NCBI GenBank assembly: GCA_002269645.1
Contig: NIVC01003597.1
Location: 24,701 to 88,700 of the forward strand
DNA: 64,000 nucleotides
DNA from: Macrostomum lignano
Lineage: Eukaryota
Direction: 5' to 3'
The position numbers and the translations under genes were made by a program. Under the pieces are notes generated by a model, which was not told where the DNA came from, did no database searches, and saw nothing but the letters and a program-made list of their open reading frames with translations. Positions 63,090-64,000 of this stretch are shown in pieces (positions within the stretch are counted from its first letter, which is position 1; every line of letters starts with the position of its first letter).

Positions 63090-64000
63090 TAGCAGGCAGT
63101 CGACGAAACGCCAAGTGCGCGCCTGCCCGACCCCCCCCCCCCGGTAGGGTTGCCTGCAGCGTTAGCAGCAACACCTCCTGCACCAGCTCTGGGCAGTATG
63201 ACTCGGCGCGGATGATGTGGCCTGCCTGTTGGAGTCGCCGACGGTGCAACAGGTCGCGCTTGGACGGACCAGGCCGGCGCGGCGAAACAAAGCCGCGTTG
63301 TCACTCGCTCGTAACCGATCTTGAAGGCGGCGCGCAGCAGGCCAGCGTCCAGGCCAGAGCGACTCCGTCAGCGTCCAGGTCTCGGCGTTGTACAGCAGGA
63401 CGGTCTCGATCACCGCCTGGAACAACGCCGCCCTCTTGCGGTCAGGTAAGGCCTCGGAATGCAGGACTGCCTCACAGAACGAAAGGCAGCCCAGGCAAGC
63501 CCGCAACGACGCCGCAAATCCTCGCGGACGCCGGGAACCAGATCACTGAGGTAGACGAACTGCTGACAGCGCGGAAGCTCTGTCGCCTGTCCATCAGCGC
63601 CTCGGCACCAAATCGCAGCCTCGATGTCGTCCAGCACGAAGAGCACGACGGTCTTCTGCGTGTTGACCACCAGGCCGACACTCGCCGTAACAGCAACTAG
63701 CTTGTCCAGTTGTCGATGGACTCCCTCGACAGTTGAGGACAGCAGGGCGAGATCGTCGGCGTGGCCAAGCACGCTGAGCCGCCTCTCCGGTTGACGTCGA
63801 TCCACGCGTCGCCGCAACAGAAAGCCGTCGTCGTTGGTAGGAAGAGCGGTCCGCAGCACTCAGTCAAGCACCAGAACGAACAGGAACGGTGCAAGCGTAT
63901 CTCTCTGAAGTACCCTGGAGAATGTCTCAAAGAAGTCCGATAGGCCGTCCGGTGTTGAAACAGCAGCTTTCGTATCACGGTACATCGCCATGATGGCTCT
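63090..64000 (-). mobile_element. Decayed non-LTR retrotransposon (RTE-like) RT 3' fragment, running off the window edge
   Basis: VLGHADDLALL (YADD-box variant), GLVVNTQKT, FVYL, LLYNAETWTL motifs spread over different frames. Confidence 0.85.

Overview
Eukaryotic (animal) genomic DNA with spliceosomal GT-AG introns, GC-rich coding exons and a very high density of minisatellites. The style is consistent with a flatworm such as Macrostomum, but this is an inference and cannot be proven here. I found no rRNA, tRNA or CRISPR features. Host genes reconstructed by hand from splice sites: a 3-exon innexin (-), a 3-exon PNT+ETS transcription factor (+, with a 1-nt frameshift in the ETS domain), a small secreted Cys-rich protein (+), two tandem 4-exon PARG paralogs (+), a single-pass membrane protein with an AKAP-like helix (+), a 3-exon Uncx/unc-4 homeobox gene (+) and a compact Lunapark-like TM/zinc-ribbon ORF (-). 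The centre of the window is a 16.6-kb EnSpm/CACTA-type DNA transposon (TIR CCCCTAGTGCCAT, 3-bp TSD TAT) carrying a transposase and an intact 5-exon accessory gene. A 7.3-kb hAT-like transposon (TAG..CTA TIRs, 7-bp TSD, 6-exon ~1158-aa transposase with a Tudor-like tail) is nested inside it. The window also holds several hAT-type MITEs with 8-bp TSDs, more than 15 tandem-repeat arrays and a decayed non-LTR RT fragment at the right edge. Most long ORFs in the supplied track that lie over tandem arrays are artefacts.
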